From a virus: a stretch of DNA of 64,000 nucleotides. The notes under the pieces are model-generated. The model was not told where the DNA came from and did not search any database. It worked only from the letters and a program-made list of their open reading frames with translations. Location: the IMG/VR virus record IMGVR_UViG_3300012156_000141; one strand, 5' to 3'. A program made the position numbers and the translations under genes. Of this stretch, positions 30,621-41,364 are shown one piece after another; the stretch's first letter is position 1, and every line of letters begins with the position of its first letter.

Positions 30621-33600
30621 ATGAATTTGAGATATACAAAACAAAAACACAAATGGATATCTTTGTTTATGGCCAACGTATTAACCCTATCATCAGTTTT
30701 TACATGTATGCCTATTTCAGCTTTGGCAAGTTCTACAACACCTGAACCTGATGTCAAGTCTAATGTTACAAGCCTAAAAAATGCAGATGAGGAAACCGAT
30801 ATTGCAAGAGTATATGTTAACAATACTCCTATTCGATTAGAGGTTTCTAAAATCAAAACACCAGTAGGTAATCATGAGGGATTAAGTCCTGACAGTTATT
30901 CAGATAGTGACTTGGAAAATTCCATTACCTACAAATGGTCCGGCCGCATGGAAGGAACAATATCTCACCTGATTCAAACTTATGGATCAGACAATGTTGA
31001 ACTTGCCTATACACCAAGTGGAACATATTTGGGATATGGTTGGAAAAAAGGAACTTTGGAATATTTAGAGTTAAGAAAAGAGAATGAAAGTTTTAACCAG
31101 GAAAGTGTTGATATTAAATACAATGAATATGGAGTTTTTAACGGATACGCTTATGTCACAAAAGTGTTGGAGACAACCGATAATAACAACAGATATGTTG
31201 CCGGCGCAACAATGACATTGTACGATGCCTTGGAAATTTACAAAGTTCCGTCAGCTACAGGAGATGATAGATTCCCGGGTGTTGAGATTACACGAAACTC
31301 TAATGGCGATGTAACGTCGGTTTATGTCCATAAGGGATATGCTGGAAGTAAAGTAGAATATGTTATTTCTAATGGAGAGAGTGCAGAAGATTCTACCTAT
31401 GATCCTAAAGATGAAATCAATGATACTGGTGAAGGAACCTGGATTGCTAAAACAATCGAGAGAAATGACACACCAATTCTTTACTATAATCTAAATGATT
31501 TAGTAATTACAACAAATGATACCTACTACACTCAAAAGTCGGAGAATGATAAGGAAATCGACAAAGTCTTTGGCTCTAATCGATTTGATAAGGATGCAAG
31601 TGTTTATGCAATAAATAGAACGGGTTATGTTGTTAATGCTAATCAATTTGATGAATATGATTTTACTATATTTGCATTCAGAAAAGGTGATACAAATCCT
31701 ATTTTTGAATTTGAAGGTGGAGATTTTAGTGAAATAAAATATAATGCCCTAAGCAGAACAATCGTAATGGGTGAAGAAACTACCATGTATCATTTGGATT
31801 TTGACGGAAATCGTGATGGAAAAGTGGATCCGCAGACAGGAATTGCTTATCTTACAGAAGACATGCTAGATGATGAAGCCCTGAGAAAATCAAATGAGCC
31901 TAATATTGTTAATAGTAATATAAGATTCACTTCTTATAATAACTATGGACGTATTTATGTATGGCCAGTTAATATTTACAAGGATGGTACAGGTTCAGAG
32001 ACATTTCAGAAAATCAAAACAAGTAGAATCGCAACAATAGGCGAAGACACGGCAAATGAGTATACAACAGGAACTTATACAGGCAGCGATTTTGCTAAAA
32101 AGCTGAATCCAACTTATGATGAAAACGGTCTCCCTATTTACTATCAAAAGTCAGACAAAACATACGTAAAAGGTGTTGACTTGTTTGATAGAGATGGAGA
32201 CTATTTAGGTTATGGTTATACCGATAAACTGGATTCTGAGAATCCTAATGCTTACCAAATCAAAGACCATAATAACTTATACAATGGTGATGCGGATAAC
32301 CCATTTGACCAAAGCACGCATTATCAGTATTCGGCGGCACAAAAAGTCAAGGTAACAATTGATTTAGATGGCAATTACATTGTTGACGGTAGTAACACTG
32401 TTCCAACACCAAAGCGTGATGGCAGAGTATTTGGTGGATGGTTGATTGACCCTGCAAGCCTAACTGATGGAGCTATCATAAAGGCTTCATGGAAAGTCAT
32501 GGGTAGTTCAATGTCTGATGACCAAAAAACAAAATGGTATTCTGATATGGCGGCCACTGGGACAACAAAGACGATTATGGTAACTTTTGGTGCAAATGGC
32601 GGAGAATTCTGGGATGGAAGTGGAGCAATTCACTCATCAGATAATGACCTGTACTTCAGACAAGGTGAAGCATACATTATAGAAAATACCTGGATGACAG
32701 GAGAAAATACTCCAAATGATCCATTTGATGAAAGAGTAGTTGCGACAATAGACCAGACAAATGATACTGCAAATGACCCATATCGAGCAAGAACTGATAA
32801 TGGTACACAAAAAGGCGGCAACGTTGATGTAATCAAAAGATTACCTGCTGGATTATATATATTAGAAGAGTTACAATCACCAATTGGATATACTAAGGGA
32901 TTACCCGTTGGATTAAATATTGAACAAAATGAGACCGTTCAAACAACAGAGATGATAGATACAACTATAAAGGTTGAAATATCAAAAGTCGATTCTGTTG
33001 ACAACTATACTTTTAATATATACAAAGATGGAATATTAGCAGCGGATGCTGCCGGAGTAAAGGAAGTTGTAACAGAGCAAAAAGGTAGTTATTCTCATGG
33101 AATCGTACCTGAGGCTAAACTGGCCGTCTATGGAAACAATGCAGATAACGCAGATTACTACAATTGGGTAAAAGCAACATCATTAGTTTCTGATGGAGAT
33201 AAATTCTATGATAATACACATGGCGACTATGTTGTTGTAGACACGTCAAAACCTGTTTATATGGAAGGACTGCCTGCGGGAAATTATATTATTTCAGAAA
33301 TTCAGACACCGAATGGTTACATTACAGCTCCAGACACAAAAGTTAAAATTAATGAAGAAAAAGATGTTCAGTTGATTTTAATTAGTGATGACCATACAAA
33401 ACTGGAAATAAAAAAATATTATAATGATGATGAGAGAAATGTAGTAATGCCTAATGTCTACAAAGCTGGTCTGCAATTAAAAGATGACTCGGGTATTGTT
33501 GTTTCAGAATGGTACACGGATGATGTTTCATTATATAAAAACTTTATGATTAACTTTGAAGAATTAGTAAAGCAAAATAATGGCTCTGTTTTTAACTCTA

Positions 33601-36600
33601 TTGGCTGGAATGCTGATATGAATGCAATAAGACAGTCAGCAACAGATACCTATGAAAAGTGGCTGGTATCAGATGGAACTACAGTAATCATTGAGAATGG
33701 TAATTTTCCAGTAAATGCATCACAGGAATTTAAAGGTGCATATAATCAAAGAAACTTAGCTACAGAACTAGATAACTTCTCATACACAACACCAATGACT
33801 GCAACCAGAGTATCTGGTAATTCAACCTATCAAATCTGGAAAACAAATCTTGCTAAGTATATTCAGCTTTGTGTATATGCAGATAATGACTTTGATTCTA
33901 CAGGAAACCAGAAATTTGTTTGTGAATACAAATTTAATTACCAAAATGATTATACTGGTATTTATAAAAATATGGTTTCTTATGATACCGTTGATGGCCT
34001 GCATAGATTTGACTATATTCCAGCAGGAGATTACTTCTTACATGAATCAGACGTTCCCGAAGGGTTTATGCAAGCTGCTGATAAACAGATGGAAGTAAAA
34101 GAAACAGGTGACGTACAGCAGTATAGCATGCTTAATAAGCAAAGAGAGTTAGTAATCACAAAAGTTGCAGAAGGCCATAGTGGGCTATATTATGCCGGAG
34201 TAAGAAACAATGAAGTAACCATGGGAAATACTGGTATTGAAATCCCAGGTGCAAAACTTAGGCTATATAAACTGGATCGTTTTGATGATGCATACAAAGA
34301 AGCTTTTAAAACTGGTTCCGCTCCTGTAAATGCAACATTGACAACAGAATGGATTTCTGGAAGCGACGGTGTTTATACAAATGAAGACTATCAGAAAGAA
34401 AGAATTCCATCAGGATATCTGGTTGGTGATTTAAAACCACATAAGATTAAAGACTTAGAGGATGGCTATTACTATTTAGTAGAAGCAGAGACTCCAAATT
34501 ACTATAAAACAACGGAACCTATTGAAGTCGAGATTAATAATCAGAAATCAGAATTAACAGTAACTAATAAGTTAATGTCTGGTAAGGTAGAGGTATTAAA
34601 GGTAAATGAAAACAACAAAGGCCTTTCAGGAGCAACATTTACAGTAAAGAATAAAACAACTGGAACTATTGCTGGATATGTAATCACTGATGAAGCCGGT
34701 AAAGGCATTTTAATCATAGACGAAATTGGTGTAATAGGTAAAAATGGAGAAGTAGAACCTTATGTATTTACATTAGAGGAAACCAGTCCACCAGCTGGAT
34801 ACCAAATCAATAGTGAAATTCATGAATTTATATTTGATGGGACAAATCATGGCGATTATGCCATCACCTATAACATAAATGACGCTTCTCATGTAAACGG
34901 CATTATTAAAGTAATAGATACAGAGACAGCTATCACAATCACTAAAAAGGATTTTGATACTCATATGGGTGTAAGTGGTGCTACCTTATCTATTTATGAA
35001 GCTGTTTACGAAAATGAAGTGTGGAAAATAAAAGATGGCACGGTGGCTGTTGATGAATGGACAACAACATCCGGAACCACTACTCATGTAGTAAATGGAC
35101 TAGTAGGAGCAGGAAACTATGTGCTATCTGAAACTGGTGTTCCAAACGGTTATGTAAAAGCGGATGATATCTTCTTTAGAATATCAAATGACGGAAGAAG
35201 CATTTTACAGATGTGGACAGATCCAACAAAGAATACTTATATTGAATTTACTGCCGACAATACCGGAGCCGTTGAAAAAGTAAACTTTGTTACAAAGACA
35301 TTTGCTGGGTCAAGGACAGTATTAACTGATTTAGCAGATAATACCGTAAAATCATATGGTACAGCAACAAATGGCTTCACATTAACAAGTAATGAGATTA
35401 CTGAAGGACATAACTATCGCCTAGATGAAATCGTAAAATTCACGGATAATACAGAAACCGTTATTAGAAGTACTACATTTATTGCAAGACTAAGTGATGG
35501 ATTGTTAAAGATTTATCCAAAGAATGCAACTGCTGTAGAAAATCTTGTGACAGATAAAAACGGTACAATAATTGCAAAATGGACTTCCGATGGGACGATC
35601 TATACAATAGAAAACCCATTAGAGTCAGATAATCAAGGAATTAATGTTGTTAATACTACTGTCGGAAACAGGATTCCAGGTCAAGATCATGAAGCTGTGT
35701 CTCAAGGAAAGCAGATAATTTATACGGTGAAATATGAGGGTGCAGGCAAAGAAATTGTATTAAATCCAGATACTAAGACTGATATCATCAGAACGGAACC
35801 TTCCGTAGAGCGTTCTAGTGACGGAACTTATAGATGGATTACTGAAGAAGAGCAGGGTGAAATTAAATTTATTGCAACTGTTAAGAATACAGCTTCTGGA
35901 AATGTTAATCAAAAAGTAACCATAGATGACAGAAGTTATTCTTACATGAACCCAATCGCTACAAACGAGGGATCCGGTATCTTCAAAAACACATCAAAGA
36001 TTGTATTATATAATGATGTGCTAGGTAATAATCCGACAAATGATTTAGCGGCTTTTACATATCGGGTAACATTAACGGATATAAACGGGAATCCATTAAG
36101 TGGTAGCTATAGTTATAGAACTAAGAATGAAAACAATGGTACCCATAGCTTCGATGCCTTTGGCTCTGACGCAACATTTGATGTAACATTATCAGGAGAC
36201 GATTACTTAGTTATTGATGATTTACCATATAATACAAAGTATTCAGTGAAACTGTTAGTAACAAACGATAATGATTTCTCCGTACAGTCAGGAACTGTCA
36301 ATGATTATGGATATCCAATTAATCTGCCAATAGGAACTACAAAGAAGGAATCAATATCAAATATTTATTTTTCAAATACAAGAAACCTAACTAATGAAAG
36401 AACAATTTTCCAAAGAAATGAAAGCTATGAATTGATAGAACGAATCGTAATGAATGATAGCACATTGTTTACATTAGCACAATCAGGATTTACCCTTGGT
36501 GAAAACTGTGAAGTTGTTTCATTTGATGTAAATAATAGAAAGTTCCCGATTGTAGTTTCTAAAAGATACATAACAGGAGAAGGAGAACTTCCTGGCGCTA

Positions 36601-39600
36601 CTTTGCAAATACTTGATATGAGCGGAAACTTAATCGAAGAATGGGTGTCTACAGATAAAGAATATATAGTGCAATCAACTCTGACTCCGGGAGAAAGCTA
36701 CATTTTACGAGAATTTACAGCACCAGAAGGATATTTATATTCAGAGGATATTGTTTTCACAGTTAGCTTAATCGGTTCTATTAACCGGGTTGTAATGTAC
36801 GATACTTATACAAGAGTGTATATTGAAAAAGTTGACGAAGCAGGAAATCACCTGGCTGGAGCAAAACTTCAGATTGTTGATTCGGAAGAGGATATTGTAG
36901 AAGAATGGGTATCAAATGGGAAGAGGCATGAGATTATAAACAAATTAAATGCTAATGAAACTTATGTTTTAAAAGAAATCGCTACACCAGACGGACATAG
37001 TTATGCAGCAGATCAGCCATTTACAGTATCTAAGCATCAAGTGATTACAATAACAATGGTAGATCACGAAACAAAGGCTGAAATTACTAAGAAATCTACA
37101 GAATTGAATGATGATGGCAGCAATGTGGGATTGAATGGTGCCAGATTACAGATTTTAGACAAAGATAAAAAACCAATAGTTGCAATTAAGGATTCAGGAT
37201 TGTTTAAACAAGGTGATTTATTGGTATTCAATTCACAAGACACTGTAATTATCACTGGGTTGCTTACTGCTGATACAGTTTACTACTTACGAGAAGTAAA
37301 ACCTATTGACGGATATGCCTTTGCGGAAGATGCTCAATTCAAAGTAAAGAGAGACAACTTGGTAACTGTGGTTGAAATGGTAGATAAGCCAATTGTAGCA
37401 ACATTTACAAAAACAGAAATCACTGGTGAAGAAGAACTATCTGGTGCAAAAATAAAGATAGTTGACAAAAACAACCATGTGATTGATGAATGGATTTCAG
37501 AAGCAGGAAATCCACATGTTATTACAAAAGAACTAATTGCTGGAGAAAATTATACACTGATCGAGGAAGTTTCACCAGATGGATATGCTTATATTTCCAA
37601 TATCATATTCAAAGTAGAAAACGATGGAACTATCACAGTCGGAAAAGATACGATAGAAGATAATATCTTTTTAGTCAAAGACAAGGCGACAGATGTAAGA
37701 ATATCAAAAGTAGATATAACAAATCAAAAAGAATTACCAGGCGCACACCTGGCCATAAAGGATAGCACAGGAACAATTATTGACGAATGGATATCTACTG
37801 ATAAGCCACACGTCATCCAAGGGCAATTAATTGCAAGCGTTCCTGATAGAGACGGCGATGGCAAGTGGGATGTCATTTCAAAATATACACTTGTTGAAGT
37901 ATTACCACCAGATGGATATGCTTATGCAAGTCAAATAGAATTTGTCGTTTCACCTGATGGAAGTATTGACAAAGTCAAGATGGAAGATAAATTGACACAG
38001 GTTGAAATATCCAAACAATCAATCACTAATGAAAAAGAGTTACCAGGAGCCAAACTTCAAGTAATTGATGAAAGTGGCATTGTTGTAGAAGAATGGATAT
38101 CAACAGATAAACCTCATGTAATTCAAGGCAAACTGATTGCTGACAAAGAATATATTTTGCATGAGGACGGTGCACCGGCCGGATATAACTATACTGCAGA
38201 TGTTACTTTCAAAGTATCAAAAGATGGCACTGTAGACAAGGTTGTCATGAAAGACAAACCTACCGTTGTTGAAATATCTAAGAAAGATATCACAAATGAA
38301 GAAGAATTACCAGGAGCAAAACTTCAGATTATCGATAAGGATGGTAATGTTGTAGAAGAGTGGATATCAAGTGATAAACCACATGTAATTGAAGGGAAAT
38401 TAAACCCGGGTGAAGAGTATACACTTCATGAAGATGGCGCTCCCGCCGGTTATGGATACGCTGAAGATATTAAGTTTGTTGTGTCTGAAGATGGCTCTGT
38501 AGATAAAGTAACCATGAAAGATAAACCTACGGAAATAGAAATTAGTAAAATTGATATTACTGATGAAAAAGAGTTGCCAGGAGCAAAGATGCAGATTATT
38601 GACAAAAAGGGCAATATTATAGAAGAATGGACCTCAACGGATAAGCCGCACTTCATTTATGCAAAGCTAAACGCTGATGAAGAATATGTCCTTCATGAAG
38701 ACGGAAACCCAACCGGATATTATTATGCTGTAGATATCACATTTAAAGTATCAAGAGATGGTAGTGCAATAAAGGTCGTAATGAAAGACAAACCTACAAA
38801 GGTAGAACTTTCCAAAACCGATGTTACTGGTGAAGAAGAACTACCCGGAGCATATATTCAAATCAAGGACAAAGATGGCAATATTGTTGATGAGTGGATA
38901 TCAACCGATGAACCACATATTATCGAAGGTGTGTTAAATCCTGGTGAAGAATACTACATGCATGAAGAGGGAGCTCCTGACGGATATGGTTATTCAGAAG
39001 ATATTAAGTTTGTTGTATCTGAAGATGGATCCATTGATAAAGTACATATGGTAGATGACACTCTAAAAATCAAAATAATTAAGTGGCAAAATAAACAATC
39101 AGTTGAATCAGATTTAACAAATACACTTGGTGGAGCAAAACTTCAAATTATTGACTCAACAGGGAATATTGTTGATGAATGGATTACTGAAGCGGGAAAA
39201 GCCCATGAAGTAGTTTCGAAATTCGCATCTACAGGAATATACATCATTCCTGATGCAATATATACATTGCGAGAAGTTGAGGCTCCAGATGGTTGGTCAA
39301 AAGCAGGCGACAAAACGTTTACAGCATCACATGATGGTACCGTAAAAGTTGTCCATATGGTAGATAAGAAACCGGATAAGTCTTGGACGTCAGAGGAAAA
39401 GACTCATACTCCAACAATAACACTAACAAAAAATAATGCTGTCAACATGGGTGCCGGTGTGGCAGGTGCGGAATACACGATTTACAATTCGAATGGAACT
39501 ATCTATAAAACAGTAGCGACTGGTGAAGATGGAACTGTAACATTCACAAGACCAGCAAATGGAACTTATACCTTTAAAGAAACAAAAGCTCCTGATGGCT

Positions 39601-40157
39601 TCATGATAGATAAAACAATATATAATTTTACTGTTTCAAATGGAGTCGTTTCTGGAACATTGAATGTAAAGGATTATCCTACATTTGAGATTGAAATAAT
39701 CAAAAAAGATTCTGATACATTAAAGGTATTGCCAGGAGCAGTAATTCAAATTTATGACAGCCAGGGTAAAATGGTTGCTCAAGGAGAAACTGGACTTGAT
39801 GGTGTATTACCATTTATACCTGAGTACGACGATACGTATACAGCCGTTGAAGTGAAAGCTCCGGAGGGATATGAATTGACAGAAAAAGTGTTTATCAAGT
39901 TTACTGTTAAGGATGGATCGGTTGCTGGAGAAACAACTATGTTAAACTCTAAGACAAATAAGGTGGGAATTATCACAGCATCTTATGACAGCGGAGCTAA
40001 TGGCAAGGGATATGCTTGGATTGATGCCAATGGAAACATCCATTTTGGAAAAACTGGAGACTCATTTGACTTTAAACTTGTATTTGCCGGATGGCTAATA
40101 GCAGCATGTGGATTAGTAATCTTATTGAAGAGGAGAAAAAAGCATGAAGAGAAATAA
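30621..40157 (+). CDS. giant sortase-anchored Cna-B/SpaA repeat surface protein, C-terminal half
   Basis: Signal peptide (SALA); many VEISK...ELPGAKLQ...EWIS...YxLxExxAPxGY repeats; C-terminal FGKTGD, TM segment and KRRKK. Confidence 0.92.
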   Translation: MNLRYTKQKHKWISLFMANVLTLSSVFTCMPISALASSTTPEPDVKSNVTSLKNADEETDIARVYVNNTPIRLEVSKIKTPVGNHEGLSPDSYSDSDLENSITYKWSGRMEGTISHLIQTYGSDNVELAYTPSGTYLGYGWKKGTLEYLELRKENESFNQESVDIKYNEYGVFNGYAYVTKVLETTDNNNRYVAGATMTLYDALEIYKVPSATGDDRFPGVEITRNSNGDVTSVYVHKGYAGSKVEYVISNGESAEDSTYDPKDEINDTGEGTWIAKTIERNDTPILYYNLNDLVITTNDTYYTQKSENDKEIDKVFGSNRFDKDASVYAINRTGYVVNANQFDEYDFTIFAFRKGDTNPIFEFEGGDFSEIKYNALSRTIVMGEETTMYHLDFDGNRDGKVDPQTGIAYLTEDMLDDEALRKSNEPNIVNSNIRFTSYNNYGRIYVWPVNIYKDGTGSETFQKIKTSRIATIGEDTANEYTTGTYTGSDFAKKLNPTYDENGLPIYYQKSDKTYVKGVDLFDRDGDYLGYGYTDKLDSENPNAYQIKDHNNLYNGDADNPFDQSTHYQYSAAQKVKVTIDLDGNYIVDGSNTVPTPKRDGRVFGGWLIDPASLTDGAIIKASWKVMGSSMSDDQKTKWYSDMAATGTTKTIMVTFGANGGEFWDGSGAIHSSDNDLYFRQGEAYIIENTWMTGENTPNDPFDERVVATIDQTNDTANDPYRARTDNGTQKGGNVDVIKRLPAGLYILEELQSPIGYTKGLPVGLNIEQNETVQTTEMIDTTIKVEISKVDSVDNYTFNIYKDGILAADAAGVKEVVTEQKGSYSHGIVPEAKLAVYGNNADNADYYNWVKATSLVSDGDKFYDNTHGDYVVVDTSKPVYMEGLPAGNYIISEIQTPNGYITAPDTKVKINEEKDVQLILISDDHTKLEIKKYYNDDERNVVMPNVYKAGLQLKDDSGIVVSEWYTDDVSLYKNFMINFEELVKQNNGSVFNSIGWNADMNAIRQSATDTYEKWLVSDGTTVIIENGNFPVNASQEFKGAYNQRNLATELDNFSYTTPMTATRVSGNSTYQIWKTNLAKYIQLCVYADNDFDSTGNQKFVCEYKFNYQNDYTGIYKNMVSYDTVDGLHRFDYIPAGDYFLHESDVPEGFMQAADKQMEVKETGDVQQYSMLNKQRELVITKVAEGHSGLYYAGVRNNEVTMGNTGIEIPGAKLRLYKLDRFDDAYKEAFKTGSAPVNATLTTEWISGSDGVYTNEDYQKERIPSGYLVGDLKPHKIKDLEDGYYYLVEAETPNYYKTTEPIEVEINNQKSELTVTNKLMSGKVEVLKVNENNKGLSGATFTVKNKTTGTIAGYVITDEAGKGILIIDEIGVIGKNGEVEPYVFTLEETSPPAGYQINSEIHEFIFDGTNHGDYAITYNINDASHVNGIIKVIDTETAITITKKDFDTHMGVSGATLSIYEAVYENEVWKIKDGTVAVDEWTTTSGTTTHVVNGLVGAGNYVLSETGVPNGYVKADDIFFRISNDGRSILQMWTDPTKNTYIEFTADNTGAVEKVNFVTKTFAGSRTVLTDLADNTVKSYGTATNGFTLTSNEITEGHNYRLDEIVKFTDNTETVIRSTTFIARLSDGLLKIYPKNATAVENLVTDKNGTIIAKWTSDGTIYTIENPLESDNQGINVVNTTVGNRIPGQDHEAVSQGKQIIYTVKYEGAGKEIVLNPDTKTDIIRTEPSVERSSDGTYRWITEEEQGEIKFIATVKNTASGNVNQKVTIDDRSYSYMNPIATNEGSGIFKNTSKIVLYNDVLGNNPTNDLAAFTYRVTLTDINGNPLSGSYSYRTKNENNGTHSFDAFGSDATFDVTLSGDDYLVIDDLPYNTKYSVKLLVTNDNDFSVQSGTVNDYGYPINLPIGTTKKESISNIYFSNTRNLTNERTIFQRNESYELIERIVMNDSTLFTLAQSGFTLGENCEVVSFDVNNRKFPIVVSKRYITGEGELPGATLQILDMSGNLIEEWVSTDKEYIVQSTLTPGESYILREFTAPEGYLYSEDIVFTVSLIGSINRVVMYDTYTRVYIEKVDEAGNHLAGAKLQIVDSEEDIVEEWVSNGKRHEIINKLNANETYVLKEIATPDGHSYAADQPFTVSKHQVITITMVDHETKAEITKKSTELNDDGSNVGLNGARLQILDKDKKPIVAIKDSGLFKQGDLLVFNSQDTVIITGLLTADTVYYLREVKPIDGYAFAEDAQFKVKRDNLVTVVEMVDKPIVATFTKTEITGEEELSGAKIKIVDKNNHVIDEWISEAGNPHVITKELIAGENYTLIEEVSPDGYAYISNIIFKVENDGTITVGKDTIEDNIFLVKDKATDVRISKVDITNQKELPGAHLAIKDSTGTIIDEWISTDKPHVIQGQLIASVPDRDGDGKWDVISKYTLVEVLPPDGYAYASQIEFVVSPDGSIDKVKMEDKLTQVEISKQSITNEKELPGAKLQVIDESGIVVEEWISTDKPHVIQGKLIADKEYILHEDGAPAGYNYTADVTFKVSKDGTVDKVVMKDKPTVVEISKKDITNEEELPGAKLQIIDKDGNVVEEWISSDKPHVIEGKLNPGEEYTLHEDGAPAGYGYAEDIKFVVSEDGSVDKVTMKDKPTEIEISKIDITDEKELPGAKMQIIDKKGNIIEEWTSTDKPHFIYAKLNADEEYVLHEDGNPTGYYYAVDITFKVSRDGSAIKVVMKDKPTKVELSKTDVTGEEELPGAYIQIKDKDGNIVDEWISTDEPHIIEGVLNPGEEYYMHEEGAPDGYGYSEDIKFVVSEDGSIDKVHMVDDTLKIKIIKWQNKQSVESDLTNTLGGAKLQIIDSTGNIVDEWITEAGKAHEVVSKFASTGIYIIPDAIYTLREVEAPDGWSKAGDKTFTASHDGTVKVVHMVDKKPDKSWTSEEKTHTPTITLTKNNAVNMGAGVAGAEYTIYNSNGTIYKTVATGEDGTVTFTRPANGTYTFKETKAPDGFMIDKTIYNFTVSNGVVSGTLNVKDYPTFEIEIIKKDSDTLKVLPGAVIQIYDSQGKMVAQGETGLDGVLPFIPEYDDTYTAVEVKAPEGYELTEKVFIKFTVKDGSVAGETTMLNSKTNKVGIITASYDSGANGKGYAWIDANGNIHFGKTGDSFDFKLVFAGWLIAACGLVILLKRRKKHEEK
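36540..39060 (+). repeat. tandem ~93-aa SpaA/Cna-B domain repeats
   Basis: Recurrent ISKxDITxExELPGAKLQIIDxxGNVVEEWISxDKPHVIxGKL units; boundaries approximate. Confidence 0.85.
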
Positions 40158-41259
40158 TATTACCAAATCATTTTTAAGTTTAGCATTATCTGCTTCCCTA
40201 TTAACGGGAAGCGGATTAACTGCTTTTGCTGTTGAAGCACCTGAACTTACATTTGAAAAAAATTATGAATTCCAGACATCGACACAAACAGATGATGGAA
40301 GTGAATATTTTGAAACAACAATTGAACAAGAGGGCAAGATTTATACCCTTTTGAAAATTGAAACTGAAGTATTAAAAGAAGAGTCTGTTAAAGGCGAATA
40401 TCTATTCTATGATTCTCCGGCATTTATTGATGCTGATAAAGTGGAAAAACCAAAAGAAATTCTAGAACAAGGTGGCAAAACATACCTTTTAAAAGATAGT
40501 GTATTGCAATCAGCAGAGATTCAGGACAGAACCCAGTATGTGGAGTCGGAAGTGAAGCTTGACGAATGGGAGTGGCTTGATAATGTACCCAAGACTCAAG
40601 AGATTGAAGTCACAGACAACTCGACCGGGCAGGTGTTGATAACAACCATGCCATTTATAAAAGTAGAGTCACAAGAGAAAAAGTGGGTTGATACCTTCTC
40701 TTTTCCAATCACAATAAGTGGTTATGATGCGGATTCATTTATGCTAGGAAACACAAAAATATCAAAATCAGATGATTTAATGAACTATGAAGATGAATTT
40801 CTATCTTATTTAGGACTATCATCAGATAAATATAAAATCAGTAAAATAGAATGGAATGGAGAAGCTTTTACACAAAATGGTACACTGTGCAGAACAGCAA
40901 CAGCTTCTGGCCAGAAACTAGTTTATGATATTGTGGCTGTTTATGGCGGTGAGGCAACACTTCCAGCTGCTGATGGATATTTATATCACTGTACTTATGT
41001 AAATGAAGATAATCCGGATAGTACTATATATACTATGAATGCAAAAGCAACATATAGTTATATACAAACAAAAACAACAGAGGATGAAGAACAAGGATTT
41101 TTCCAGAACTTACTTGAATGGATTAAAGCTAATCCAATTGCATCATTTGGTATTGGAACCATGATAATTATTTTATTTGTATTATTTATCATGTTCTTGA
41201 TGGCTAAAAAGAAAGACAAAAAAGATGATAATAGAGTGGATATTGTTGATATAAAATGA
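40144..41259 (+). CDS. secreted protein with C-terminal membrane anchor, co-transcribed with the adhesin
   Basis: Signal peptide TAFA, C-terminal hydrophobic helix plus KKK; overlaps adhesin stop. Confidence 0.8.
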   Translation: MKRNNITKSFLSLALSASLLTGSGLTAFAVEAPELTFEKNYEFQTSTQTDDGSEYFETTIEQEGKIYTLLKIETEVLKEESVKGEYLFYDSPAFIDADKVEKPKEILEQGGKTYLLKDSVLQSAEIQDRTQYVESEVKLDEWEWLDNVPKTQEIEVTDNSTGQVLITTMPFIKVESQEKKWVDTFSFPITISGYDADSFMLGNTKISKSDDLMNYEDEFLSYLGLSSDKYKISKIEWNGEAFTQNGTLCRTATASGQKLVYDIVAVYGGEATLPAADGYLYHCTYVNEDNPDSTIYTMNAKATYSYIQTKTTEDEEQGFFQNLLEWIKANPIASFGIGTMIIILFVLFIMFLMAKKKDKKDDNRVDIVDIK

Positions 41260-41364
41260 AGAGCATAGAAATATGCTCTTTTTTATAGGAAAAATAGTAA
41301 ATCCACATTATTTTAATAGAACGAAAGACATTATATATTTGAAACTATTATGAGGAGGTTCAAT

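Noticed and set aside
6134-39976. Short ORF-track entries nested in or antisense to long genes (e.g. 6134, 12419, 29154, 32375, 38450)
   Set aside because: Shadow frames of well-supported genes, lacking RBS and motifs.
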